Positions 22,701 through 37,700 of a stretch of 64,000 nt of DNA are shown in pieces. A program made the position numbers and the translations under genes. Within the stretch, counting starts at the first letter, position 1, and each line of letters starts with the position of its first letter. The notes under the pieces were generated by a model, which was not told where the DNA came from, made no database searches, and saw only the letters and a program-made list of their open reading frames with translations. The DNA is from Antedon mediterranea (Eukaryota > Animalia > Echinodermata): positions 2,248,422 to 2,312,421 of the forward strand of contig NC_092678.1 of assembly GCF_964355755.1 (NCBI RefSeq), given 5' to 3'.

Positions 22701-25700
22701 TATCATATCACTACCATGTTTGGGCATATCACTATCATAATTACATCACACTTTTTGTGTCAAACTAGTTAGACAGGTCTTTACTCCCTCTAAAAAAGAT
22801 TGAATTATTGTGAAATATATTGTACAGCTTCGTATTACCCTGATATTTGGAGTTTCTGTGGCCTTCTTTTCATAAACTCCAATTCATCTACTGTCCACAC
22901 TGCTCCTTTCACATTTTCAACTCGAACAAAACATTTATGAAGACTAAGATTATGTCGTACTGCATTCTGCAAAACAAAAGAAAAAACTACTTTCTTATGC
23001 ATGTTTTGTATTGTCTGCCGATTTAATGGTAGTTTTTAGGTAAGTTTTCTTTGGCTTTTCACAGGTTATTGAGTTAAAATCTAAATTGTTGTATATAAAT
23101 AAATTACACAATCAAATTACATACGAATGTTCTATTTTGTAAAGAATTAAGTTTTTCGAACATGTAAGAAATGTTCCATACCATAGCTCAATGTTCCATA
23201 CCATAGCTCAATGTTCCATACCATAGCTCAATCCAAGTTAAATTGCAGTTTATCGGTGTTTTATTATTTAGTTTGTTCTATAAATTCGATATATGGTAAA
23301 ACATCCATATTATTACAGAATTAAAATGTCACATTAATATGACCTTTCTCTTCTAAATGTTACCATAAGAACATTTGTTTGTGCTTTTTCAAACAATCAT
23401 AAGCTCATTTGTAAACAATGTAACATTAAACTGTAAATTTATCAACACTTTCATTTTTAGATCAAAAACAGTTACAATATGAGGCAAGTGAAACTACAAA
23501 AGAACAGTTAAAACACAAATATATTGTAAATATTTAAGAAATGAATGTTTGTTATTTTTCTTAAATTGTAAATATTTAATAAATGAATGTTGTTGTTTTT
23601 CTGTTTTATTTACTTAATTTGCTGAAAAGTCTAAACTAACATCATTGTTTGCTAACAAAATGATAAAATAATAAAATAAATAGATTAAAAATAACACAAG
23701 TTCAAATTTATCTATTGTTGCTCCAACCTGTTTACATTATATATGAATAGTAGAAACGTAAATATTTTGGTTCCCAAGGGTGCAAATGGCAACATTTGCG
23801 TTTACAACAATAATAATGAGTATAATGATTTAAATAAATTCAAAGTGAAGAAACGTAATTTGTAAGCAACATGAATTTGATGTTAACATAGATTCTCACA
23901 GGAGGTGAAGTAATCTAGGTCATCCACAAACAAACACACAGGATAATGTCAACAATACGACAAACAGATTCAGCAGCGGACAAGTGGATTGGCTACACAA
24001 CACCAAAGCAAATACCTCTCATTAATAACAAACACAGGTTAGTGGAGGATGTTGAGCCTACATAATATAAAATCCTCCACTTGTAATTAGCATTTGATTG
24101 CAATGTTTGTATTTAAGAAAGGCAAACTTTAATATGGCCATTAACAAAATTATGATAAATAAGGTGTTTTTTGTCGCTTTCCTTACAGACCCCAGGGCTG
24201 ACAAAGAAGACTACTGGCATTAGAATAATTTTTATGGTACTTTACAAAGTTGGCATGTTCATGTTGTACAATAATTCATCTACAAATATATTGTGCTATA
24301 CTCTGTCTACACTATCAAACTAGTTTGACAAAAAAGTGTGATGTACTCAAATATGGTAGTGATATGACAAAATCATGTCCATGTATGGTCACATTTCATT
24401 ATTTGTTACATAAAGTTTGATAGTGTAGACAGAGCTTTAGGATGCTATCCAATCAAATTTAAACCATAGCACTTCTGCAAGCCCCAATGGTCTATTAGTA
24501 GGATGTCTGTAATCCGGGTTCAATTCTCGGTTGGGGCAACGTTTTCTCATCATGACAAATTTCCTAATCTTTTACATTTACAAATTAATTAATTTCCGGT
24601 ATATTAGTTATTACTGGGCAGAATTTCTGTGAATTTAATAGAGAAATTAAATTTATGCAGAATTATGTTTTTTCTCCACACTTGGGGAATTGGGAAGTAA
24701 AAACCACACACGAATAGAAACAAAGTTTATCTGGATTACCTAATAGTATGTGACCATTTTTGGAATTTCAACTCGGTTGTAAATAAGTTGATTATCTGCA
24801 AACAGCCTCACAGCATCCTGTTCTGAAATGTTTTCCGACAACAAGTAATTTACATAATTAAGACAATAAAGACATCAACCACAAGTCCCACCTCTTACTT
24901 ATATGAAAAATATGACAGGAAAATACAAGCAGGTTTTTAATATTTTAGGGGAAACCTGTTAAAAAATGTGTTCTCTGCACTGTGTATCTGAAGGTAAAAT
25001 ATTTAAGTGTGGTTGACCAAGTACAGGATTATGTTCATATTTTGAATTGTAAATATATAATTGTAAAAATGTATATAAATTTAGTGGAGCTGTAGCTTGG
25101 TGGTTAATGTGCTTGCCTTCAAATCCTAAAGTCAAAGGTTCAATCCTGACCTAGTATCTGAGTTGTAACTCACAGCTCCGTTTCCTAAGCTTTCAAATAC
25201 ACTAAAGAGACTAACAAACTAGTTTGAAAAAGTGTGATGTTCCCAAATATGATGATGATTTGCCCAAATATTGTAGTGATATGACATTTTTTTGTCACAT
25301 AAAGCTTGATAGTGTAGACAGAGACTTAGTTCATTATAGTTTATCCATCTTGTAATTGGCGAGTATGAAAAAAAAGAAAACAACTGTACTCGACTTGCCT
25401 TGAAAAGGCGGCCATAAAGCAACAAGAGGGGCGATATACACTTGCACCGTAATCATCCCCTTTAGATAGCATTGAAACAGACAAACGAAATTACCTACAT
25501 GAATACTCTACCTATTCAAGTTTATGTACATGTTTAACGAGAATTACAATTAGCATTTAGTAGATGTCTCGGTTCAAGTTATCTTTAAATTAACTTAGAT
25601 TCAAAGGCTGAGATTACAAACGTACAGTTAGAATGATTTCGTTTCTCAACATGTATCTTGTAACAGTAGTAATCTTCATAAATTTCACATTTAATACTTC

Positions 25701-28700
25701 CTAAATTAGTTTAACATCTAAGGTAACGGTCGTTAACGATCGTCATTAACATACATGTCATTTCGCAATAAAAGGTAGCTTTAATGGCCGATTAGAATAG
25801 AATTCTGTGTTTGATTTTTTTCTTCACTTCTACTAGTGATTTACAATGTACTTTTCTCAACTCAAACTACCCAGTAAGAACTTCACTTGTAGGAGTCTCA
25901 CAAAACTTGTAAGAGAGTAAGTGACTACAGAACTTGTAGGAGTCTCACAGAACTTATAAGAGACTCACAGAACTTGTAGGAGTCGTGACAGAAGTAAGAT
26001 GAGGGGAGCTGGGTCGGTCTTACAAAACATGTGGGAGACTTTTCAGAACTTGTAGAAGAATTACACAAATTATAGGAGACTCACAGAACTGTTGGGAGAC
26101 TCTCAGAACTTTTAAAAGTCTCACAGAACTAGTGGGAGACTCCTCAGAACTTGTACAATTCTCACAAAACTTGCAATAGAATTACAGAACTTGTGGGAGA
26201 CTCCTCAGAACTTGCGGGTGTCTTGCAAAAACATTCTCACTTGTCTCATTCTACTACACTACAACGATACACACTTTTAGGTGGTGACACTAATGTATAG
26301 TTTTACTCGTTATATGCATTATAGTTTACCACTTTAGTTACCTTCCAAGTAGCCGCATTCCTCCTAAAGTAAGCAAACGTTCTCGTGAACCAATTGTAAA
26401 TTTCATTTAAGGTAAGCTGCCTTCCCGGTGATTCCACAATCGCTTGTCGGATCAGAGCTGCGTATGTAAAAGGTGGGCGCACATCTGCGTTTCGATAGAA
26501 TTCACAATTCTTTTGAATTTCTATATTTGAGAAATGAAAGAAAAACAAACAAAGGGTAAGGCTTTATTTAGATAGAATAGGATGGTTTTCTATCAAAAAT
26601 ATATCCAACCACCTTTGACTCCCAACTATCTAACCATTCTTACTATTATATTATTTTAAGCCTTATAGCATTTCTTTTGTGTAACAACAATACTAGGACT
26701 TGATATCCATAGTAAAACAAATATATAAATATACAGAGTGAGTGAAAATAAACAGAAAGCTCTGCAATATCACATTTTGTTTGCTTCTCTCAAATTAATA
26801 CAGTAATATAATATCTTAAACCAAAATAGATTGGAATAAGCACTGGAGAAATACAAACAAATATACTTCAATATCATTTTATGCAATTTGAAATAACACC
26901 TCTCAAAATAAAACAAAATAAAAAATTATTTTGTAATTTACATTCTCTTTGGGGTTTTGCTATCTTTTTATCCGAATACCTGGTTTTGTGTCATGTTCGT
27001 TCGGTCAACATATGTTGGGTTTTAGTATCTCACAGAAAGGAATGTCTGACCCTCAGAACATTAGTCAATATTTTTCATAAAATAGCGATTATGAGCATTT
27101 ATAAGTATTAATTTTATTATTCATAACATTTAATAGCATTTACAATCTACTGTTGTTTTCAGACACTGTTCATTTTTTCCTTATTTAGATTTCTAAATAA
27201 CTAGATCCTTGAATAAACAAAGTAGCATCTGTCTAGCAAGTAAATCACATTACTCTATCCTTAATTATTTACAAATGAGGTTGCTGTGTTTATACAACGA
27301 ACAAACAACTTATAAAACAGTTTACCGGCGGACAAGAAGAGCTTGACCCTAGCAAAACAAAGGAATAAAAACCAGACAGCCATCGCAAGTATAAACAAAC
27401 ATTCAAACAGAAATACACAATTTAAATTCAGAAATATACAAGATGCCTCTAGGTTTAAATCATTAAAACAAGATGTCGCCTCCACAAATATATATTTTTT
27501 AATACCCAGTGGTATAATGGTAGGATATCTGCATATCAAACAGAAGATTCCAGGTTCGAATCCCTATTTGGGTAGATTTTTCTTTTTTATTACTAATTAG
27601 TTAATTCCACTGTTTAGGAGTTTGAAATTATATTTTTATTGTATTTCATTTCAATTAAACATTATTCATTTTTAATTAAATGTAATTGTGATTTCAAACT
27701 TAAATATTTATTTCAATTAATTTCAAGGAAAATTCTAGGATGATTATAATATTTACAATTGCCAAAGTCAAAACAGTGAAAACTGTGGGTATATTTATAA
27801 AACAAATTTTATGCTTTATTTTATGGGATAGACTTAATAAACATTTCGCTTAGGTTATTTAGAAAACTGACAAAATCATTGACTTGAAACTATGGTTTTT
27901 TTCCAAGCATGATAAATCTGCGCCTTGTCCTAAGCTAGGATTTGAACAAGGACCATAGAATCATATGGCTACACAGATGAAGTGCCACACTACACAAATA
28001 CTAAAAAGAAAGTAAAACCTGATATTTACTTCATCCACTACTAATTATTACTATGTAACCAAACACTCTGTACCCAAAATAATATGGTATGCTATAACAT
28101 AAATAAATACTACACATCTTGTTTTTCTAAATTGCAATTTATCCTTTAAGAAATAACTTAAATACGAAACACATTGTACTGCATTTAGTTTTGTATACTA
28201 CTTTACCTTACCATACATTTCTATAGTGATCTTCTACATTGTTAAAATCAAAAGTTTTATTTCAAATAAATACTAATTATGGGAAGAATGTCACCAAAAC
28301 AACATGCTATATCATTTTTTTCTTAGCATGATTTTTTTGTAATCAAAATTAAGGATTCACCAGGATTTTTGGAAGGAGTGTGTATTGGTAGGTTTGAAGG
28401 ACCTGACATGGCAAAGAAAATAACGGGGTAGGCATGCAATGATTGACCCTCCTCCCATATGTGTAGGGCTAAAAATAACTACTCACGGTGGTGTTCAACT
28501 GGTAGGTTTTGGAGGCCTAGCATCAGGCCTAAAAAGCAAGCAAAAGGCATTGATTTAGAAAAATAAAATAATTTTTATTACTTTGGTTTTAAGCAATAAA
28601 ATAACCGATACCATCATCAAAGATGTAAAATGAAAATTCACTTTCAACCACAGATGGATGAAACTGTAAAAATAATATAGTACTACAAATATGTAGCATA

Positions 28701-31700
28701 TGGTAACATTGTTTAATGAAATTGTTAATTTTTAAAGAATAGTGAGGAAATTGATGTTAGTTACAAAGACGCAATACTGATGAAGATGGAAATGGTTACT
28801 GATGTATATTAATTAAGACATGTTCTTAATTAAATTGAATTAAGGCATTTAATACTGTATTTTAAAATAGCAGTGTTTTCTTAATAGTAAAATGAAATGT
28901 AAAAAAAACATTATTCCTTAAATTTATGTTTTTAAAGGATGGAAATAAAAGCCTCATGTCACCCAAATGATCCATTTTAGTGCAAACTGTTTTCAGTCCT
29001 CATGTATATGCCTACCCCAAAAGTGAAAATAATTTTAATGCAAATTTGATCCATTTGAGTGGGTCCAAGGCAAACCACCGTAATTACAGGCTTGGGATTT
29101 CCCAAACCAGCGTAATTACAGGCTTGGGATTTCCCAATCTATGCTCTATGTAGTGATAAGTAATAGTAATAATAAGTATTTTATTTTGCAGTATAAATAA
29201 ATTGTCATTATTATTTACATATTTATTGCTAGCATAACATAGAACCATACATTATAATACAGAAACACAGAAATTATAACTTGACCAAATCTATAAAATT
29301 AGTAGCAGACGTGAATGATGAAAACATAATTGGATTTCATAATCAATGCGTCTTTATTCGATTCAGTGTCTTAGCATGTTGCATTATGGGTAAAATGTCT
29401 ACAAGCCTAGATTGCAAAATGAAACCGAATGAAACTTAAATCTTGTTGTTGAAATTTTAGCATTTTGTTTGATCAGCACCTTTGTCAACAATTCTTTGTT
29501 TTGTTTTTGAATTCTAAAAGCATTTAGTTAAAATTAACAGTCCATATAAATATTATTTTTACATTCTAAATTCTATAAATATTATTCTACTATTATATTC
29601 CCAGACTCACCAGAATCCAGAGACACTCCGTACTTTTCACTCATCCGTCTGCGAATGGGACCGGAACTAATTGGGGTATGAATGGGGCTAGGAGGTGGGT
29701 GCGGATGAGGGGAAGGGACACTAGGTGTAGATGATATAATTTGTAATGTTTGGGGAGGGGGAATATGTTGAGGGGCTGGAGGAGGTGGAAGATGGGCGGG
29801 GGGTGATTGGACGACAGTTGGTGATTGTACAATGACTGATTTCACAGCTGGTGGACTTGCCTGTTAAAAAATAATAATTTGGTTTGTAATGCTTTATAAT
29901 TAAACAGACTAGAAAAAAGATAAATTCAATAGATCTTAAAATAAATAAAAATGACAATGATCAAAGTTAATACAGCAAAGAAACATGTGTGTGATTAATG
30001 TAGGATAAGTTCAATAAAAATTAGGTAATAACTAATTTGTTAATATTTAAATGCATTATAACACTACAATACAAATATTTGAATTGTTTGATTGATTATT
30101 TTTGGGAGATAATACACTTTTTTTTTTCTTTTATTTATTGCAAAATACATTGAAATGATTAAAGAATGAAAAACGTACTGCGGTTGATACAGGTGTCTTT
30201 GGCTCAGGTGGTTTCATATGCAAATGTGCCATCATAGCCGCGAGTCGCTCACGTTCTTTGGCTAGTTGTATTTCCAATTGGTTGACAACTTGCATTTGAA
30301 CACGGGCTTGGGCCGTGCTCCTGTCGTCCAATGTGTGTTCACTATTAATATGTCTGTATGAAAAACAAACAGAATGTTAGAAAATGACGACATGGTTCAA
30401 CGACATTAGGTTTCTTGACCAAACATTTACCTTTCTCGATTTAGTATGCAAACAATTTTTTTTTATATACAGCATGACCATGAAAAATGAGTTCCCCATC
30501 TGCTCATATGCAATTTCGTCAAGAACAAATAACGACTTAAAACAAATACCCAATTTTAAAAATGAATTAACCAAATACCATCAAACGATCCAAGGAGAGT
30601 TAGTGACACAAGATAAGTATCGACTTTTTGCTCTAACCATACGACTCCCAAGAGGACTTATCCTTTAAATTGTAAATACAGTTAAATACTAAAAAACGCA
30701 TACCCTTGATATAATCTGTTTATTCAAGAGCATTTAATCTCGACTTGACTCGGTTGTTGAGGTAATCGTATACTGGATGTTGATCCGCGTCAACGACAAG
30801 ATAGACAAAATAAGGTGAAAGATGACCCTCTCAATTACTTTATGTCAAAACTCTATCTTATTCTGTCATGCCATATAAATATTAAACAGTAATGACTTGA
30901 AGATGAAGAAACCAATCTACGGTAACTGTATATAACGACTACCATAAAATTGTAAGTTATATTTCAGATAAATAGCGCTGCGTATTTGAGATTAATTTTT
31001 AAATTGTTTCATTACAAAAGTAAGTAGCTCCAAAGTTATCAAGAAACATTTCAATAATTTAAATTATTTTCAAATGTTGATACCCAGAAATTAATTAATT
31101 AATATATATACGTTACATAAATCTACATATTTGAAATGTTTACACTGTTTGATAAACAAAAATAAGTATAGCTGCAATATTTGCCAAATGTATAATAAAC
31201 ATTTTAATGATTATTTGTTTTTCCATTTTTCCCAGAATTTAAACATAATACAATAAAATTGTTTATAATTAACAAAAATTAGTATACTGCAATATTTGCC
31301 AAATTTATTAATGAACATTTAAATGAATATTTGTTGTCTCATTTTTTCCCAGAATTTAAACTACCATAAAATTGTAAATTGTATTTTGGTAAATAGTCCT
31401 ATTTTCACATTGTTTGAATGTTTGTCAAATTATTAAAGTAATATTTCATAATTAGTTATTTTCCCATTTTTTCCCAGAATTTAAACATATAATACGTGTC
31501 GTTAATCATCACCAACCACCTCTGTTTCCGACTCCTACTCATGATGGATAGTTCATAGATTTGACCTTTAACATTAAACATAGCTAAAGCACTGTTTAAT
31601 CTAGGATATCCACTAATAACATACCGCAAACACCATCTTATTAACACCTAAATTAGTAGGTAACCAATTTATAATTTACTTACTTAGGTCAAATGTCAAA

Positions 31701-34700
31701 GTTCATTACTAATAATGTTAAAATTTCAAAATATCGATAGATGCACAGATTATGTTTACAGTTAAAACTCCATAAGAGAGAGGTTGATGAAAATCAAATT
31801 AAGATCAATGCTTTTTCAAACAGTTAAAGTGTTCCTTTAACAGAGGTATCCTCTAAGTAGGGGTTGGTTGTAGTGTTATAACAGATAGCACTTTGTTTGT
31901 TTCACAGGAAAGTGTCCCTTTAATAGGTGTGCCTGTTAATAGGCGTGTTCTAAGTGAGGAGTTCTACTCTATCTTTATATATTTTTCCTTGAATGACAAG
32001 AAAACAAATGACATTACAAAAAAAAGTTATATAAACACATACTTAAGGAAGCTTGAAAAATTATCACAACTAGTCTCGCATCCAGGCCATTTACACATCC
32101 CATGACCGTATAGTGGATGGATTGTTGAGCCTATTGCACTCTCCTCTCCTGGAATTCTGAAATGAAAGAAGTTATAATAATAATTTGATACTAATAGACT
32201 ATTTATATAATGGATTCAAGAAAGAATTTAATTTCATTTTTATTTATTCATTCTTTTATTTCAGAAAATTATGAAACCAATCACTTTCAAATGTCTTTAT
32301 ATAATTCTAAAATGTAAACATCAAAAGTAAAACTGAAAAAAAAAGATTATCAACATAAAATAATCAACAGTATACAGTTTATAATTAAATATATTTCTTA
32401 TTCACAGAAGTATGATTATTTGTAAAGATTCAGCTCCATTGAACACGCTAAAAAGTGTAACTTTGTCAATTCACAGTGAGCAACGGAAATCCCCCGAGTC
32501 ACGCTAAACTCTATAGCTACCCTGGGAGAAATGCGTGTCTAGCTATCACACACGTCAACCACTGCTGATTGTATGCGTACAATGAGTCGTAACCTTCTTT
32601 AGGGGTGAATGACCTGATTCCAAGTATGAATATCATAAATAATAAATACATTTGCTTATTTATTGTATCAAGAGTAGAAAACGTCTTTGTGTTAAAAAGA
32701 TTTAAATATTAGAGCTTTTGACTTATTTTAATTTTACAATTTCATTGGTTATTGACTCAATAATTTTGTTCAACTTGATATTAACAATTTAAAGTGCATT
32801 GCCAGTAAGATATTGAAATGTAAACTAGGATACAATGGACGACTTACAAATGCACAACAGAATCAATAATTACATATCATAAAAACGTGAAAATTTCAAT
32901 GCATTACTGTGATAATATTGTAAGACATTCAAGAGTAAAGTCACTATTTATAGGATATGTGCTATGTTTAATGACGTATTGTCATGGTATCATTATTGAC
33001 TCAAATATAATAGTAGTGTGTTAAGATTTGAACCAATCACCCTGGAATTAGAAGGTAACTGTACAGTACTCTATATATTCAGTCACTATACCTATGTATC
33101 ATTCTATTCAATGCAACTTCTTTTCAATAATGTACCCTCTATTCAATAAATGTACCTTGTATTCAATAAATGTACCTTGTATTCAATAAATGTACCTTGT
33201 ATTCAATAAATGTACCTTCTATTCAATAAATGCACCCTCTATTCAATAAATTTACCCTCTATTCAATAAATGTACCCTCTATTCAATAAATGTACCCTCT
33301 ATTCAATAAATGTACCCTCTATTCAATAAATGTACCTTGTATTCAATAAATGTACCCTCTATTCAATAAATGCACCCTCTATTCAATAAATGTACCCTCT
33401 ATTCAATAAATGTACCCTCTATTCAATAAATGTACCCTCTATTCAATAAATGTACCCTCTATTCAATAAATGTACCCTCTATTCAATAAATGTACCCTCT
33501 ATTCAATAAATGTACCTTGTATTCAATAAATGTACCTTGTATTCAATAAATGCACCCTCGTATTCAATAAATGCACCCTCTATTCAATAAATGTACCCTC
33601 TATTCAATAAATGTACCCTCTATTCAATAAATGTACCCTCTATTCAATAAATGTACCCTCTATTCAATAAATGCACCCTCTATTCAATAAATGTACCCTC
33701 TATTCAATAAATGTACCCTCTATTCAATAAATGTACCCTCTATTCAATAAATGTACCCTCTATTCAATAAATGTACCCTCTATTCAATAAATGCACCCTC
33801 TATTCAACAAATGTACCCTCTATTCAATAAATGCACCTTCTATATTCAATTCTATTTTATTGCTTTAAATATATTCAATAAATGAAGCTTTTATTCTATT
33901 ACAAATTCTTTATATTCTTTTTATCTTATATTACTCTAGTTGTATCTCTATTACACCAATCATTAGATTCACCATTTATGAATACATTTGGGTCAATTTA
34001 ACCTTTGACCTGGAAACATTTCATAAGTAAAGGTCATCGTTTACAGCCTACAAAACACATCATAATGAATTTTAATCTAAACATGTACGCAGCGACAACA
34101 CATATTTATTATCTGCATGCACGCATTAACGCTTGTTTTCACCCTAAACCAATCACGCGAGTGATATACAGTGAAATAATAATGAAGAAAAAAAGTAGAA
34201 AAAACAAGTAGGTTAGAAGGAAACAGAGTTAATTATATCCAGCTTCCTAGCAGTGTATTCAAATTACACTCGCTTCCTTAATGTGTTGACAATATTGCTT
34301 ATGATTTCCATGTTATTTGTCAATGACAGTTACCCAGGGTTCAAATGTCCATGCCCTAAAGGCTATTGTTTATAAATGCCGAGAAGTGCCAATAATTGTC
34401 TATCGCTATTGTATTAAAATTTATTCCATACACAACACATTTTTCAGCACAAAATTGTTTAGTTTCTTTTAACTTTTACATTCAGATTGTTTGCATAAAT
34501 TTAGTATTTCAGGTGTATACATTTATTGACAGAAGACACAACCCTGTCACATACAAAAACCCTGTGAAATTATAAGGTAAAAATATATATAGTAATTTGC
34601 ACTCTCTGTAAACTTTCTCTACTACATAAGCGTCATTTAGTTTCACTTGATAAATGTCGTAATTGTAAACAAAAAAAACATTTAACCTACATCATTCCTT

Positions 34701-37700
34701 GCGGATGCATTTGTGGTGGAGCTACCAAAAAACCAGCTGGATGCATGAGAGCGCCCTCTGGAATGGATTTGACAACAGACCGTGACTGCGTGACTACAGA
34801 TGACCCCGATGAACTTGCGCCTGTCGAAACATTGCCGCCTTTCTCGTCGACAACATTTGCAGACACCTCTTTCCAGAGCGCTTGTACTTCTGCGGCACTC
34901 ATAGCTAAAAGGGAAGAAAGTTGATGTTTAAATTTATTAAACTGATTTAAGACTCAAAATCTTAATTACAAAGTAGATGTTTGTGATTTCTCAACTACTT
35001 TAAAATTCAAGTATTATAACTCAATTAGTTATTTAATACTCATACATTTGTCCTTTTTATTGCATTTTAATTTTGATGTTGGTAACAATTTTTCAAAGCA
35101 TTTTTTGTAATAAATTTTTTTAAATCAGTAAGTTTCTTTTTTTAAACCAAAACAGTACAACAGAATCTGTTGAGTTTTTCAAAAATTCTATAATAAATTT
35201 AACTTTTTTTTTAGATAGATAGTCAGTGATTTAAAAACAAAATTTGAATGATTAATACGAAATAACTGTAATCTTAACTGTATTAAAAATAAAAAATAAA
35301 ATAAAGTCTGAAATAAATAATGTTGATTCAATGGTTTACTGTAAATAATAATATACTGTTTTTATATTATTGGAAGCAATCCTATTCCAGTAATAATAAA
35401 CAGGAAACAATAGATTAGAAACATTTATACCAGAACAAGAAGAATTGTATAAAAACTCTCATGCATGACTATTAAAATGTTAACACCATAAAGGTAGGTT
35501 TTTGTCCACAGGTATGTAGTCAAGAAGTATTTTCACACTTTTAAATGACAAGGCCTCGAATCTGACAATTTCACGAAACGGAAGACAATTTCATATCGCA
35601 AGTTTCGCTAAATTGAGTTTAGTGGGAAAAGGATCTATAAAGATCTATCAACTAAGCTGAAGCTGTAATGAGAATATCGTCAATATTACCATCAAACTTT
35701 AATGTACACTTTAATGTGTCAAAGAAGACAGGCGAACTAAAGAATATTACGGCAAACGTAATCCTTAAACATCTTTATTTCAGTTCTTTCTTTTGACAGC
35801 TATGTCTCATAAAAAATGAAATGTGCCCATACATGTAACAATCACTTTGACTTTTAGCAAAAAGGAAACGCATTTATAGTACGATACATTGCTCACAAGC
35901 TGTCAATTAACAGTAAATATGAATTTGTCAAAATATTCTGAATAATTTTAAACATTAAAAAAAAGAAGAAAAACATTAATTTCTGACACTTTATGATGAG
36001 AGTATTGAGATTTTAATATTTGCTTCATAATCAACGTTTCCTTTTTATTGACATTTATATTTTTAAAATAAAAGATAAATTATTCATAAAAAAAGAGGAA
36101 GAATTCCATCATTTCGTATATTCACTTTCTATTTAATTTTTTACAATAATTAAATAGTGCTAAATATTGATCAAAAAACAAACTTATTTGATCATTGTCA
36201 TCAGTGTAGGTCTCTTTAAAATCATTTAAAATATAATTTGAAATTTTAACAAGCTTTTAATCTTTCAAAAAATTAATAATAAAAATTAGTTCTGAATAAT
36301 TCATGTTTATTAATGAATATTCATAAAGCTAGAGTAGCATTAAGAAGTCAACAACATTGCACTGGAATAAAACCCTTGATTAGGAATTATTACATATCCC
36401 GGAGGAAAATGGAATATTAATAATCTAAATCATAAATTACATGACTCCTTTGTTCAGAAATGATTCTGCAAATTATAAATATGAACAAATTAATAAACTT
36501 GAAGGAAATACTTGCGCCAGGAGGAAGTCATTCCACCACACATTTTCTTTACTTCAGTATAAATATTAAAAAAAACAAAAAAACAACTATTATTTTGAAC
36601 CCATCGCCAAACTTTGTTTCATCCCTGGATAACCTGTTACCACCGACTGGTACCTATAAGTACTATATTTTCCCCTCCTTTGATACATTTATTATATACT
36701 ATAAATGTATTCATATTAATATTATGTATTGTAAATAAACTTATAATTAAGAATAATATGTTTCTACAAATGCAGGTATAATAAAGATACAAAGATAATA
36801 AAAATTAAATCAATAAAAACAAATGTTCAATAAACAGAAATAAACATGAGACAAAAAATATGCTGTACTAAATATGCTGTACTAAATGTACTTTTAAATC
36901 GACTATGAACTAATTATAATATATGCGAATAAATAACAAACATATAAATCTGTATAATTTATAGTCACGCAACTAATTGGTATGAAAATCACATGTTGTT
37001 TACGAATCTGTGTTCGGGGGAATGAATGGTCATCAAACTATTCTATGGAGTATTGCCAAGAGCAACAAAAAGCATTTGATCAATGGTATGCTCATTCACA
37101 CAGATCACCTGGTATGCAAATTATGCAAATAATTTTTACTTTCCTGTGAAATGCAAAAATATGTTATAAAATAAAATACTATACCAATCCTTATTCTTGG
37201 GACACTCCTATCAAGTCGACACTGTCAGTCCTGAAGGTGTCCTCTTAAACTCTGTCTACACTATCAAACTTTATGCGACAAAAAAAATGTGATGGGTCCA
37301 AATATGGTAGTGATATATTTAAATATGGTAGTGATATAACATCATCATGTCCATATATGTGGGCACATCACATTTTTTTTGTCACATAAAGGAGTTCTAT
37401 TTGTCATGAGTTACTAAATATCATTGACTTACCTTGTCCTAAGTGCGATAGATGGATGGCCTGGTTTGACTGCGGTAGAAGGATTTGTCCAGCCTGTGTC
37501 ATCAAATGTTGTTGCATTGCCAGAGCTTGCAGGTGCTGCTGTTGCTGCTGCTGAATCTTGGTGACCTTGACATCTCCAGCTGCTGACTGCATCTGCTGTA
37601 GAATCTGAGCTTGCTTCTGTAACTCCTGCAAAGACACAAAAACGATACACATATTAGAAAGGAAACTGGTATGGTAAAAGAGATTTGGCACAGCAAATTC

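Noticed and set aside
22967-26341. Alternative mutually exclusive forkhead exon (as in FOXP1-ES or insect FoxP), e.g. candidate near 23890-23992 (..FVDDLDYF..)
   Set aside because: The candidate frames contain stops and lack the N..RHNLS/RTNLS motif; no convincing second exon was found by eye.
24481-27575. tRNA genes at 24481, 25083 and 27505
   Set aside because: A/B boxes are present but acceptor and anticodon stems are defective; treated as SINE heads.
30384-30668. 94-aa plus-strand ORF in a FoxP intron
   Set aside because: No recognisable domain or splice signals; within chance range.
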